A stretch of 64,000 bases of DNA from a virus. Position numbers and translations under genes: made by a program. Where the stretch lies: the IMG/VR virus record IMGVR_UViG_3300047174_000111, positions 32,572 through 96,571 of that record. One strand, given 5' to 3'. Below the pieces are notes generated by a model that worked only from the letters and a program-made list of their open reading frames with translations, searched no databases and was not told where the DNA came from. Below, piece after piece: positions 46,210 to 56,256 of this stretch. Within the stretch, counting starts at the first letter, position 1. The number at the start of each line of letters is the position of its first letter.

Positions 46210-46619
46210 GCCTGCTCAGCATCAAGACGGCGCTCGACACCCGCATGCAGGCCTTCGCCGCGCCTGGCATGGGCCAGATCGCGTGGCAGGATCAGGTCTA
46301 CGAACCCGCGCAGGGTCAGCCCTACATCGCAGTTCGCGTCGCGGCCTACGCCCGCCGGCCGCTGGGCGTCGGCGCGGACTGCGTCTTCGAGGAGTCCGGC
46401 ACGTACCTGATCACGGTGAACCGCCCCACCGCCGAGGGAACGGCTCGGGCCGCGTGGCTCGCCGAGCAGATCGTGGCGTGGTTCGCGCGCGGCATCACGC
46501 TGCCCACGACCGACGGCGAGCAGCTGATCATGATGAACGCGTCCGAGCAGCCCACCCAGGCCGCGGGCAACTGGATCACGCTGCCCATCGTGGTGAGCTG
46601 GCTCGCCTCGATCCCGTAG
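46206..46619 (+). CDS. tail terminator
   Basis: IAW....P...PY...G.Y.ITV..P...G......AEQI...F.RG; position. Confidence 0.75.
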   Translation: MSLLSIKTALDTRMQAFAAPGMGQIAWQDQVYEPAQGQPYIAVRVAAYARRPLGVGADCVFEESGTYLITVNRPTAEGTARAAWLAEQIVAWFARGITLPTTDGEQLIMMNASEQPTQAAGNWITLPIVVSWLASIP

Positions 46620-46674
46620 GACCCGCAACCAAGAACCGGCACGCGTCCGCCAGACCTGAGCGGAGCAGACGGAC

Positions 46675-47907
46675 ATGGCTGTTGGGCCTTTCGCACGCGG
46701 CGTATCGAGGACGATTGCGATCGCCCTGGAGTCGACCGAAGGCGTGCAGTCGACGGCGCAGGCACAGTTCCTGCGCCGCGTCACCATGGACATCAACCAG
46801 AACACCCAGGCCGTCGAAAGCCAGGAAATCCGGCCGAGCCAGCAGATGGCCGATGCGCGCCAAGGCACGCGGTCGGTCACCGGCACGCTGTCGGGCCAGC
46901 TCAGCCCAGCCAGTTACAAGCTGCTGTTCCAGCAGATTTTCCGTGCAGCTTTTGTCGCGGGCGTCTCCTCGGCGGGTCTGGCCGACACCGTAGCGACCCT
47001 CGATCCTGCGGGCACCGGGAACCTGATCATCACCGGGCCGTCCGAGCACTTCGTCACCGTGACCGGATTCAAGCTGGGCGACGTGGTCCGGCTCGCGAAC
47101 CTGACGGGCGGCCCGGCCGGCGACAACGGCGAGAATTTGCGCATCATTGCGCTGACCGACACGGTGATGACGCTCGCGCCGCCGCCCAACACGCCGGTGC
47201 TGTGGGCCTCGGGCCAGAGTGTCACCATCTCGGTCGTGGGCAAGAAGCTGATCGTCCCGATCACGGCCCAGACCGACCAGAGCTTCACGATCGAGGCCTG
47301 GTACGGCGACGTCGGTCAGTCGGAAATCTTCGTCGGCTGCAAAGCGACGCAGGTGAGTTTCAATATTCCCGCGAACGGCTTCGTGACGTTCCAGATGCAG
47401 TTCACCGGACTGCAGTGCACCACAGGGACGACGCAGCAGTACCCGAGCGCGACGGCGGCGAGCGGCACCACGTCGCTCACTTCGACGGGCGGCAAGGTGC
47501 TGTACCAGGGCCTGCCGCAGTCGATCATCACGGGCATCAACATACAGATCGTGGCCGACGCGCAGGCGCCCCCCGTGGTTGGTTCCTACTACGCCTCGAA
47601 TGTCTTCATCGGCATGCTGGCGGTGCGCGGATCGCTGACCTGCCTGATGGTAAACGACACGCTCACGGCAGACTTCCTGCAGGAGAACGAGGTCCAGATC
47701 TCGACGTTGCTGACCACGTCCCCGCTGCCCGGGGCGGATTTCGTGTCGCTGTGGTTGCCGCGCGTCAAGCTAATGTCCGGAACGAAAACCGACAGCCAAA
47801 CGTCGATCACGCGCAGCTACAATCTAACCGCCCTGGAGCAGGTCAACGGCGGCACCGGAACAAACGTCGATGACACGACTGTCGTGATGCAGGATTCGAT
47901 GGCTTAA
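46675..47907 (+). CDS. major tail tube protein
   Basis: ESQEIR..Q..D.RQG..SV.G...SFTIE...F.GC...LPRVK. Confidence 0.85.
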   Translation: MAVGPFARGVSRTIAIALESTEGVQSTAQAQFLRRVTMDINQNTQAVESQEIRPSQQMADARQGTRSVTGTLSGQLSPASYKLLFQQIFRAAFVAGVSSAGLADTVATLDPAGTGNLIITGPSEHFVTVTGFKLGDVVRLANLTGGPAGDNGENLRIIALTDTVMTLAPPPNTPVLWASGQSVTISVVGKKLIVPITAQTDQSFTIEAWYGDVGQSEIFVGCKATQVSFNIPANGFVTFQMQFTGLQCTTGTTQQYPSATAASGTTSLTSTGGKVLYQGLPQSIITGINIQIVADAQAPPVVGSYYASNVFIGMLAVRGSLTCLMVNDTLTADFLQENEVQISTLLTTSPLPGADFVSLWLPRVKLMSGTKTDSQTSITRSYNLTALEQVNGGTGTNVDDTTVVMQDSMA

Positions 47908-47935
47908 CGAGCGCGAAGGCGCAGAAAACCGGAGG

Positions 47936-48742
47936 TCATGCGGCCGGCTCTTTCACTTCGGCCACTCTGCTGGGCATGAGTTTCGCGAGCTTGGCCAGAC
48001 CCGCTGCCGTCACCTTAACCTGTTCGCACACGCGCTCGCTCCCATCCGGCTTGAGGATCGTCGCCACCTTGTGCTCGAGGTCTCCGGCGTTCGTACGGCT
48101 CTGATACCCGAGGTAATTGGCCGAGCCGGCGCGCTTGTAGATCCAGCTGTTGCGGTTGAGGAAATCAAACAGCTCTTTGGGCCGCACTTGCAGCGCTTTG
48201 GCCGCCTCGGTGATCGACAGGCTGCCGTCGGCCGTGGCGATCCGGTCCAGCGCTTCGGCCTTGGGTTGGATGGCGGCGATCTGGACCTTCTGCCGCTCGA
48301 CGGTCGCCTGGAGCACCTGCAGCGCGCGCAGGGCCAGTTGCTCCGGCGTCTCCTCCGGCGCGGCCACCATGTAGCCGCCGGTCTTGCGGATCGCGGGAAG
48401 AACCTCGTGGGTGATCCACCGCTTGAACCGCTTGGCCGCCGGCTTCCGGCTGGTGAGGATCAGGCTGTAGAGGCCGGCCTCGGTGATGATTGTGGGCATC
48501 GCGCCGATCACACCTAAGTCTTTGAAATTGGCGCCCTCGATAATATCGAGGGTATATTTTTCGTCCTCGTCGAGCCTTCGAGCGGCGTCCGATGGGTTTC
48601 CGATCTCCAAAATTTTACAAACGTCAACGAGGAAAAAGCCGGGGTTCCCGTCGCGGGAGGTGGCGCGCATGGAGGCACCCTCGAAGTCGAAGATGCTCGG
48701 CTCGGTCGGTGCGGCGCTCTCGTTGGTGGTGATATGGCTCAC
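47936..48742 (-). CDS. ant: antirepressor (Bro-N + ANT/KilAC)
   Basis: FDFEG..DVC..L...ITEAGLYSLI..SRKP.AKRFKRWIT.EVLP.IRKTG.Y; PKA..DRIA..DGS.SIT.AAK. Confidence 0.92.
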   Translation of the reverse strand: MSHITTNESAAPTEPSIFDFEGASMRATSRDGNPGFFLVDVCKILEIGNPSDAARRLDEDEKYTLDIIEGANFKDLGVIGAMPTIITEAGLYSLILTSRKPAAKRFKRWITHEVLPAIRKTGGYMVAAPEETPEQLALRALQVLQATVERQKVQIAAIQPKAEALDRIATADGSLSITEAAKALQVRPKELFDFLNRNSWIYKRAGSANYLGYQSRTNAGDLEHKVATILKPDGSERVCEQVKVTAAGLAKLAKLMPSRVAEVKEPAA

Positions 48743-48905
48743 GTTGAGGAATCCTCGTCAGTTGCGGGTGAAAGACACATCGAGTGTAGGGACATCGGGG
48801 GTTGTCGCAACATTATAATGTGTCCGAGGTGTGGTCGCGGCGGTATGGCCGTGGTGGGGATGCCTTTGGGAAAGGGGGTAGCGTTTCGCGACCCCCTTGG
48901 GCGCC

Positions 48906-49361
48906 TCACCCCGCCGGCGCCCGCATCAGGGTGAGATCGCGCGCCACGCCGGCGCAGAGTTGGGTCTCAAGGGGGCAGTCGCTGTAGGCCAGATCCAGAT
49001 CCGCGCGTGTCCATGGCTCCCACGCGCGGCACCAGGCGATGCCATCGAGCTTCACGCGGAGCCCTGCGAGGGTCGTGGCCTGGGTCGCTGCGATGCGCTC
49101 CACGATCTCAGCGCTGAGCGCGTTCAGTGCCTGGGCCTCAGCCGCGTCGGGGTCGCCATCGGCCGCACCGGCCGCGAGCCACGCCGCCTGCTCCGCCGCA
49201 CTGGCCTCCCTCAGCAGTCGGCCGAGGTGCAGCAGATCGGCATCGCTTGCCGCTCCGCTCGGGCCCGTGGCCTGAAAAATCGCCGCCAGCGCGCCAACCG
49301 CGCCGATGTGGTTGAGAAATCCTCGGCGAGATGGGGTATGGTCGATGTCAGCCTGTCGCAT
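48906..49361 (-). CDS. hypothetical protein with RRxFL N-terminus
   Basis: GGAG RBS; SRRGFL; ATTLAGLRVK motif. Confidence 0.7.
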   Translation of the reverse strand: MRQADIDHTPSRRGFLNHIGAVGALAAIFQATGPSGAASDADLLHLGRLLREASAAEQAAWLAAGAADGDPDAAEAQALNALSAEIVERIAATQATTLAGLRVKLDGIAWCRAWEPWTRADLDLAYSDCPLETQLCAGVARDLTLMRAPAG

Positions 49362-49443
49362 GGGTCATCTCCGTGTGCGGGTTAGGCCGGGTGCGGGAGC
49401 TTACACCTTCCCGCCCGGCCGACTTCGTGATAACATCAACGTC

Positions 49444-49656
49444 ATGAGAAATGCAACTGGTGATAACACGAAAAGGCGGCGGCCGCCGGTGACGGGTCAA
49501 CTGATTGGTGTCCGGGTTCAACCGGATGGCATCAAAATGTTGGATGCCTGGATCGTGTCGCAGCCGGACGTTCCGTCCCGTCCCGAGGCTATCCGTCGCC
49601 TCATGCTGCTCGGGCTGCACGTCGCCTCGGAGCCTTCGAAGGGGCAGCCCGCATGA
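49444..49656 (+). CDS. ribbon-helix-helix regulator
   Basis: IGVRVQ.....LDAW..Q....SRPEAIRRL. Confidence 0.75.
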   Translation: MRNATGDNTKRRRPPVTGQLIGVRVQPDGIKMLDAWIVSQPDVPSRPEAIRRLMLLGLHVASEPSKGQPA

Positions 49657-49880
49657 TCTTCGTGCTGGTGATCGCGCTGCTGCTGAAAGTCGTCTTCTGG
49701 CTCGTGGCGGCGCACCCGATCCTGTTCTATGGGTGGCTCGGCGGTCAGCTTCTCCTCCCGTCCGATGAGCAGATGGCCGAAACGCAGAAACCCCCACCGA
49801 CCGAAGCCAATGGGTAAAGCACTGCAGCAATCTTCACGGGACGTGCACGCGGATCGGTGGCCAGCCAAAGATGAGGTTTC

Positions 49881-50360
49881 ATGATGCGGATCTTGATCGG
49901 GCTGATTTTCTTGGGAATGTCTCCGATTTGTGGTTGCGTCGCATATTCAACTTACAGACCGCAGTCTCCAGAAATTACTAAAGCCATATCTGATGACTGG
50001 GACCGGAACTATGAGCATTTTAACGCTCTAAAGACGGCCGTAAGTAACGCTGACGTACCGAAGAACTTTGAGTCGAAACTGGCGAAATATTTTGAAGAGA
50101 CCCTCATCGACCCGGACTCGCGCCGCGTGACGTTCGGTGCGCGTCCGTTCGGTGGTCTTCTGTGCGGCGATGTAAATGCAAAGAACACTTTTGGAGGATA
50201 TACGGGGCGTCAGCCATTTTATGTCGCTTTTGACCAAAAAGGCGAAATCGTCAGCGGCGTAGTTCTTAATAAAAACTACGAAAGAGTGTATCGCGAGGCT
50301 ACTATTGCGGATAGCCTTTACGAGCAAAGCCAGTTCCTGAAAATGTGCGGATCGATCTAA
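49881..50360 (+). CDS. exported/lipoprotein-like moron
   Basis: low GC; hydrophobic N-terminus with Cys; L.DPDS...CG.VNAKN.FGGYTG. Confidence 0.75.
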   Translation: MMRILIGLIFLGMSPICGCVAYSTYRPQSPEITKAISDDWDRNYEHFNALKTAVSNADVPKNFESKLAKYFEETLIDPDSRRVTFGARPFGGLLCGDVNAKNTFGGYTGRQPFYVAFDQKGEIVSGVVLNKNYERVYREATIADSLYEQSQFLKMCGSI

Positions 50361-50432
50361 GCGGCCACTACGTTGCCGCGGGGACCAGCACACCGGCCAC
50401 CGGCCTCTGTCTGCCACCAGCCAGAGGGCCTC

Positions 50433-50849
50433 ATGCCGTTCGATCTCGCCACCCTTGAGACATCGACCAAGTCCGAACTCGGCGTTCCGCTGGAGGTGAT
50501 CCACCCGCGCACCCAGACGCCGGTGCTGAACGACGCCGGCGAGCCGATCACCATCACCCTGCTGGGGCGGAACAGCGAGGCGTATCTGGAGGAAGAGCGG
50601 CGCATGCGCGAGCGGCGCCAGGAGCGCCTGAGCCGCGGCATCAAGCTCGTGCAGGACGACTTCGACCGCGACGAGGCGATGCTGCTCACTGCCGCCACGA
50701 CGGCCTGGATGTTCGACCAGATGGACGGCCAGCCCTTCCCATGCAACCGGCAGAACGCGATGCGCCTGTGGAGCGACAAGCGGTTTCGCTGGTTGCGCGA
50801 GCGCGCGATCCGCTTCGTGGTGGAGGATGGGAATTTTTTGGCGACCTGA
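50433..50849 (+). CDS. tail assembly chaperone (gpG-like)
   Basis: upstream of tape measure; ends GNFL at slippery site. Confidence 0.8.
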   Translation: MPFDLATLETSTKSELGVPLEVIHPRTQTPVLNDAGEPITITLLGRNSEAYLEEERRMRERRQERLSRGIKLVQDDFDRDEAMLLTAATTAWMFDQMDGQPFPCNRQNAMRLWSDKRFRWLRERAIRFVVEDGNFLAT

Positions 50850-51196
50850 CTGCCCGGCTCGTCGAGGCGGCCGAGTGGCAGTTCCGCCTGCGCAAGCCTC
50901 TGCCGGATGGCGGAACGCTGGCTGACGCGATGCGCCTCTACGAGCGCGAGACCGGCCGGCGTCATCCCAGGCAGGAAGAAGTGCCTCCGATCCCGCAGCA
51001 GCTCGCCTACCTGCTCGAATGGTTTTGGGAGATCAATTGCGGCCGGCCGGTCTCGATGGGCGGCTACTTGCCGCTGCCAAGCGTCGAGATCGCGGCATGG
51101 TGCGGGTTGAAGGGCGTGCGCCTCAAGATCTGGGAAGTGGACGCCCTGCGATCGATCGACGCCGTCTTCCTCCAGGTGGTCCACGAGAAGGATTGA
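50834..51196 (+). CDS. tail chaperone -1 frameshift extension (gpGT-like)
   Basis: T-TTT-TTG heptamer 50834-50840; -1 frame open to 51196 with LP..EI.AW...WE...L..ID. Confidence 0.75.
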   Translation, partial: FFGDLTARLVEAAEWQFRLRKPLPDGGTLADAMRLYERETGRRHPRQEEVPPIPQQLAYLLEWFWEINCGRPVSMGGYLPLPSVEIAAWCGLKGVRLKIWEVDALRSIDAVFLQVVHEKD

Positions 51197-51199
51197 TCC

Positions 51200-54100
51200 A
51201 TGGACATCGCCTCGCTGGGCTTCTCGATCGACAGCTCGGATGCCATCAACGCGACCCAGAACCTGCAGCAGATGCAGCAGGCAGCCGGGCAGGTCGACCA
51301 GAAGACGGGACAGATGACGACCAGCCTACGCGCGCACCAGATCGCGCTGCGCGACTGGCGCACCGACGCGCAGGCCTTCAACGGGGTGCTGATCCAGACC
51401 AACAACGCGCTCGATGACCTGATGCAGCGGCTCGACAAGACGCGCGCCGCAATCGACGGCACGGCGCAGTCGTTCACCGCCTTCTCCACGGTCCAGCGGC
51501 AGGTCGAGGCGCTGGGCAACAGCTTCGACCAGACCTCGACGTCACTCGAAAGCTACTACCGCAAGGCCAACGAGCTGGGCCTGAGCACGACCCAGACGGT
51601 GCAGTCGCTCGACCGCATCACTGAGGCGTTGACCAACCAGACGGCAGCTGGGAAGGCGGCGCGACAGGTCATCACCGACCTCGGCGTGAATCTGCAGGGC
51701 CTGACCGCAAACAACGCCAACGACGTGCTGGCGCAGTTCGCCCAGAAGCTGGGCGGCTATGCCGACACGACGCAAAAGCTGCGATCGGCGCAGGTCGTGC
51801 TGGGTCCAAACGTCGATCCGGACACGCTGGCCCAGCTGAGCCAGCCGAATTACATCCCCTACGACACGCGGAGGCAGCGACAGCTGCAGGAGCAGTTCGA
51901 TGAGCAGTCAGCGGATCGCACACGGAATGCAGCGATCCTGAATCGCCAGTCCGACCTGACGAACCAGCAGTACAACGATCTGTCGTCGACCTTCAATGTG
52001 GAGAGCAAGCGTTCTGCGGGCAATTTGTTCGGCTTTACCGGCCTCAGCCCGGACATGATCGCCCAAATCACCAAGGAGCTTGGACCAAACAGCGATGTAG
52101 CGAAATATGGGCCAACGTCGATAGTCGGTCAGGTCGCGCTTCAGCAGTATCTCGCCGCTCATCCCGACAGTGTTGCCGCCTATTCGGCTCGCACCATCGG
52201 CGGCAACGTTTCATACCTACGCCAAAACAGCTATCTCGGCCGGGTGGAATCCTATCTCCAGCCCACAGATAGCCAGCTACGATCGGCGGCGGCGCAGCCC
52301 ACTCCAGGCGTGTTCTCGGGTCTCGGCGCGTTTCTGCCGCCGGCCAGCCCTCAACTCGCGGCTAACCGCGCTGAAATAGCAGCCCGGCAGACCCGGGACA
52401 CCCAGACTGGCGATGGATCGCTCCTCAGCTGGATCGAACAGCAGGGCCTCGCGCTGGGCCGCAATGTCCAGGCTGACCTGAACCTCTACACCCCGCTGCC
52501 GGCAATCCAGGACACGCGCCCGCAGATTCCCGATGAGCAATACTTGAACGACAGCAATGTCGCACAGACGCTTCGCGGCTACGGTTTCACCGGAGCATCA
52601 GATCGGCTCAACCTGAACCAGCGCGCCAAAGAGTTGCAGAAGCCAGGCGTGCAGGACATGTTCGCTGGCGTGTATGGCGCGCAGGGTGGCGATCTGCGGT
52701 ACAACGCAGTCCTCTCGGACCTTCAGGGACGTGCTCGGGACGCGCTCAACCCGAACCAGGGCGCGCAGGACCAAGCCGATCGCGCGGCGTTCCTGCAGAA
52801 CACGCCGCTCGCCCAGCGTGGGACCGCATCGTCATACCTGAACTTCCTCCAGGGCGCCGGCATCCCGACGCGTGGCTTTACCGGTCCGAACGGCAGCCCG
52901 CAGCAGTTCCTGTCCAGTCTTGATCCTCGCGCGGCCGCAGGCGACCCCAACTCCCAGGGCGGCACGTCCGGCGTCGTCAACGGCGTCGACCCAGCCACGC
53001 GGGATGCCTTCCTAAAGTACCAGAGCACCCAGGACGCGACCCAGATCAATGCCTCGAACGAGGCGCTGCAGCAGCAGCTCGACCTGCAGACGAAGCTGCA
53101 GGGCGCCGTGACCCAGGGCTCGGCCGCCATGGAGGATATCACGACCCGGACCAGCGCCTACAATGCCGCGCTGGCCGCGGGCAAGGACGTGAAGGTCGCG
53201 GCCGTCGATGCGGAGAACGCACTGGAGGCGGCGCAGGCGAAGCGCGCCACAACGTCGGCCACGCTGATCGCCAACCTGACCCGCGAGAACGACCTGAACG
53301 CGGCGGCAAACCAGGCGCAGCAAGATGCTGGCGTCGATCCGGTCGCCCGCGCGACCGCCGGGATCAACAGCCAGATCACGACGACGACGGATAACGCGGT
53401 CCGGAGCGGCCAGGTCACGCAGCAGGGACTGACTGCCTATCAGGCTCAGCTCCAGCGCCAGCAAGGCGTCCAGGCAGAGGGCACGCTCAACAACGCTGTC
53501 GCCGGATCGTCGCAGGATCTGGCCACGGCGAAGGCGCTTGAGGCCGCTGCGGCCGACAGGGCCAGCGTTCAGGCCAAGATCGCCTCGGATACCCAGATCG
53601 AGGCGCAGTATGCCAAGGAAGTCGCGCAGGCACGCGTCGCCGCCAATCAGGACAACGGCGAGTCGCTCGCCTATGTGCAGAAGCAGATCGAAGCGCTGAA
53701 GCAGCTCAAGTCGCAGATCGATGCCGTCAACGCGACGAAGCTGGTGATCCAGGGCAACACCGACCTGGGCAACCAGGCGAACCTGAACATCGCGCTGGCG
53801 GGCATGTCGCCCGAGCAGCGGCGGCTCGCCCAGCAGGCACTCCCGGACCTGCGCACCGGCGGCTTCGTCGGCGCGCCGGGCTACTCGACGCAAATCCAGC
53901 AGCAATCGCTGGCCCAGGGCGCCGATCCGACCACGGCGCTGGTTGTCGCACAGCGCGAGTCCAGCCTTGGCACCGACCCGCACATGAACCAGGGTGCGTA
54001 CACGGGCGTGTTCCAGCTGCAGAACGGCACGCCCGGCAGCGGCACGGACAGCATCGACAACCAGATCAAGCTGGGCGTCGCTCGGGTGGTCCAGGATATG

Positions 54101-55855
54101 CAGGACGCCGTTCGGCTCAATCTTCCCGGTGGCGCGTCGATCGACAACACCTACCTCGTCCACCAGCAGGGCGCGACGGGTGCGCGGGCGCTGCTCAGCG
54201 CCGATCCGAATGCGAACGTGGTCGATGCACTCTCCTCGGGTGCGAACCTGAGCCGAGCGTCCGCGAGCGCTCATATCTCTCAGAACAGCGGCAACCCCAA
54301 TGGCTCGGTGGGCGATTTCCTCGCGGTTCAGCATGGCCTGAACCAGCAGGCCGAAACCACCATCGGCACGGCGACCGACGATCAACTCCTGCAGTATTGG
54401 CAGATCTACAACCAGCCCGGCGGCCCGAGCGACCCGCGCATTACCGCGCTGCCACAGGCGCAGCAGGATCGTCTTGCCCAGACGGCGCGCGTCCAGCAGA
54501 CCGGCACGACGCTCTCCGGCGTGAACGCACTGCAGACCGCGCAGCAGCAGCAGGCCGCGAGCATGAACACGGCAATGGTCGCGGCGCAGGGACCGGCCGC
54601 CGTGGACGCCGCCCAGCGGCAGAACCAAGTCACTTCGGCCGTGCAGAGCGGCAGCATCGCGGCGTCTCAGGCGCCTCAGCTGTCGTCGTCGCTGCTGCTC
54701 GGCGACGCGACGAAGCAGCTCCAGGACCTCAACAGCCAGACCTTCGCACTGAAACAGAACGCGGACGCCGCGCAGGGGCTGGCGAAGGCCTACGCAGATG
54801 GGCCGGCGGCGGTGCAGGCGTTTCAAGACTCGCTCAAGACCGCACCCATCGAGGCGCAAATCGAAAAGCTAAAGGGCGCATCGGACCAGACATCTGCTAC
54901 GATGGATGCGACCGAGAAATTGACGGATGCGCTCGCCAAGTACAAAACCACCCAGGACGCGGCCAACACGGCGGCAGCGAACGCGAAGACCGCTCAGGCG
55001 ACCTCTGGCCTGAACGATCAGAATTTCATGACGCAGCAATCGCTGAACGTCCCGTTCTATGCGACGGACAATCAGAAGCTGGAGGCTTCGGCGGAGGCCC
55101 AGAAGGCTCTGTACGCCAAGAACAATCCCAACGTCAGCCCCGACACGCTGACAGGTTACAACTCGGCCATCGACCAGCAGACCAATCTCAAGGAGCAGGT
55201 CAGCGATGCCAACACACTTCAGAACGCCTACAAATCCGCGTCCAACGCGCTGACTCAGGGCTTCGAGAACGCCATCGTCTCAGGTGCCAACATGCACACG
55301 ACGCTCGCGACGCTGACGCAGGACCTCGAGAAGATCGCGATCAACGCCGCGATCGAGAAGCCGCTGGAAAACGCCCTGTCCGGCGCTTTCGGAGGCGCGG
55401 GCGGCTTTTTCAGCAATCTGTTCGGCTCCGGCGCGGGCAGCGCGGCCGGCGCGGCGGTGGCATCCGCGGCGGGCAACATCTTCTTCCAGGGGCGCCAGCT
55501 GCGCGCCTTCGCCGGCGGCGGCATGATCGACCGGCCCACGCTGTTCCCGATGGCCGCGGGCGGCACTGGACTGGCCGGCGAGGCGGGCAATGGCGAGGCC
55601 CTTATGCCGGTGCGCCGACTTCCGAACGGCGATCTCGGGATCCAGTCGAGCGGATCCTCGGGCCACACCGTCATGGTCACTGCGCCGGTCACGATCCAGG
55701 GAGGCGCCAGCACGGGGGGCCAGAAACAGGGTCTCGACAAGACGACGGCCCAGATGTTTCAGACCCAGATGGAGGGCATCATCTCCACCGGGGTGAAGAA
55801 CGTGCTCCGCAATGAGATGCGGCAGGGCGGCATGCTGTCCGGCGTGTCCCGCTGA
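51200..55855 (+). CDS. tape measure protein with internal lytic transglycosylase-like domain
   Basis: DIASLG..IDS N-terminus; QRESS..GVFQ..YLVHQQG; C-terminal FA.GG..RPT.F...GEAG.EA.MP. Confidence 0.92.
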   Translation: MDIASLGFSIDSSDAINATQNLQQMQQAAGQVDQKTGQMTTSLRAHQIALRDWRTDAQAFNGVLIQTNNALDDLMQRLDKTRAAIDGTAQSFTAFSTVQRQVEALGNSFDQTSTSLESYYRKANELGLSTTQTVQSLDRITEALTNQTAAGKAARQVITDLGVNLQGLTANNANDVLAQFAQKLGGYADTTQKLRSAQVVLGPNVDPDTLAQLSQPNYIPYDTRRQRQLQEQFDEQSADRTRNAAILNRQSDLTNQQYNDLSSTFNVESKRSAGNLFGFTGLSPDMIAQITKELGPNSDVAKYGPTSIVGQVALQQYLAAHPDSVAAYSARTIGGNVSYLRQNSYLGRVESYLQPTDSQLRSAAAQPTPGVFSGLGAFLPPASPQLAANRAEIAARQTRDTQTGDGSLLSWIEQQGLALGRNVQADLNLYTPLPAIQDTRPQIPDEQYLNDSNVAQTLRGYGFTGASDRLNLNQRAKELQKPGVQDMFAGVYGAQGGDLRYNAVLSDLQGRARDALNPNQGAQDQADRAAFLQNTPLAQRGTASSYLNFLQGAGIPTRGFTGPNGSPQQFLSSLDPRAAAGDPNSQGGTSGVVNGVDPATRDAFLKYQSTQDATQINASNEALQQQLDLQTKLQGAVTQGSAAMEDITTRTSAYNAALAAGKDVKVAAVDAENALEAAQAKRATTSATLIANLTRENDLNAAANQAQQDAGVDPVARATAGINSQITTTTDNAVRSGQVTQQGLTAYQAQLQRQQGVQAEGTLNNAVAGSSQDLATAKALEAAAADRASVQAKIASDTQIEAQYAKEVAQARVAANQDNGESLAYVQKQIEALKQLKSQIDAVNATKLVIQGNTDLGNQANLNIALAGMSPEQRRLAQQALPDLRTGGFVGAPGYSTQIQQQSLAQGADPTTALVVAQRESSLGTDPHMNQGAYTGVFQLQNGTPGSGTDSIDNQIKLGVARVVQDMQDAVRLNLPGGASIDNTYLVHQQGATGARALLSADPNANVVDALSSGANLSRASASAHISQNSGNPNGSVGDFLAVQHGLNQQAETTIGTATDDQLLQYWQIYNQPGGPSDPRITALPQAQQDRLAQTARVQQTGTTLSGVNALQTAQQQQAASMNTAMVAAQGPAAVDAAQRQNQVTSAVQSGSIAASQAPQLSSSLLLGDATKQLQDLNSQTFALKQNADAAQGLAKAYADGPAAVQAFQDSLKTAPIEAQIEKLKGASDQTSATMDATEKLTDALAKYKTTQDAANTAAANAKTAQATSGLNDQNFMTQQSLNVPFYATDNQKLEASAEAQKALYAKNNPNVSPDTLTGYNSAIDQQTNLKEQVSDANTLQNAYKSASNALTQGFENAIVSGANMHTTLATLTQDLEKIAINAAIEKPLENALSGAFGGAGGFFSNLFGSGAGSAAGAAVASAAGNIFFQGRQLRAFAGGGMIDRPTLFPMAAGGTGLAGEAGNGEALMPVRRLPNGDLGIQSSGSSGHTVMVTAPVTIQGGASTGGQKQGLDKTTAQMFQTQMEGIISTGVKNVLRNEMRQGGMLSGVSR

Positions 55856-56199
55856 TGGACACATTCACCCCACCCATCCCGCCCCAGGTCAACAACACGC
55901 AGCTTGAGGAAACGCCGCGCGCCCGAACCAACGACTTCGGGGACGGCTACCAGACCGACCTGCCCGACGGCCTGAACAACGACCCGGGCAAAGTGACGCT
56001 GCAATGGTCGACGCTGAACTGGCAGGACGCCACGACGATCCATCAGTTCATGCGCAACCATGTCGCGCAGCCCTTCTGGTACACCCTGCCGCGCGAGACG
56101 ACGCCCCGTGCCTGGATCACCGGTCCGGTCCAGCGCAGCTATCCCTGGCCGCTGCAGGATTCGATCACGGTTTCGCTGATCGAGCGCTTCGTGCTGTAG
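55855..56199 (+). CDS. minor tail protein gpM-like (distal tail)
   Basis: FGDGY....DGLN; directly after tape measure. Confidence 0.85.
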   Translation: MDTFTPPIPPQVNNTQLEETPRARTNDFGDGYQTDLPDGLNNDPGKVTLQWSTLNWQDATTIHQFMRNHVAQPFWYTLPRETTPRAWITGPVQRSYPWPLQDSITVSLIERFVL

Positions 56200-56256
56200 C
56201 CGCGGCGACCAACGCGACGGCCTGCAAGGCTTCCGACCTTTGGAAGCCGCCAGTCG

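Noticed and set aside
25453-56211. Repeated motif as CRISPR or REP array
   Set aside because: 10-nt dispersed single copies, no spacer structure, no cas genes
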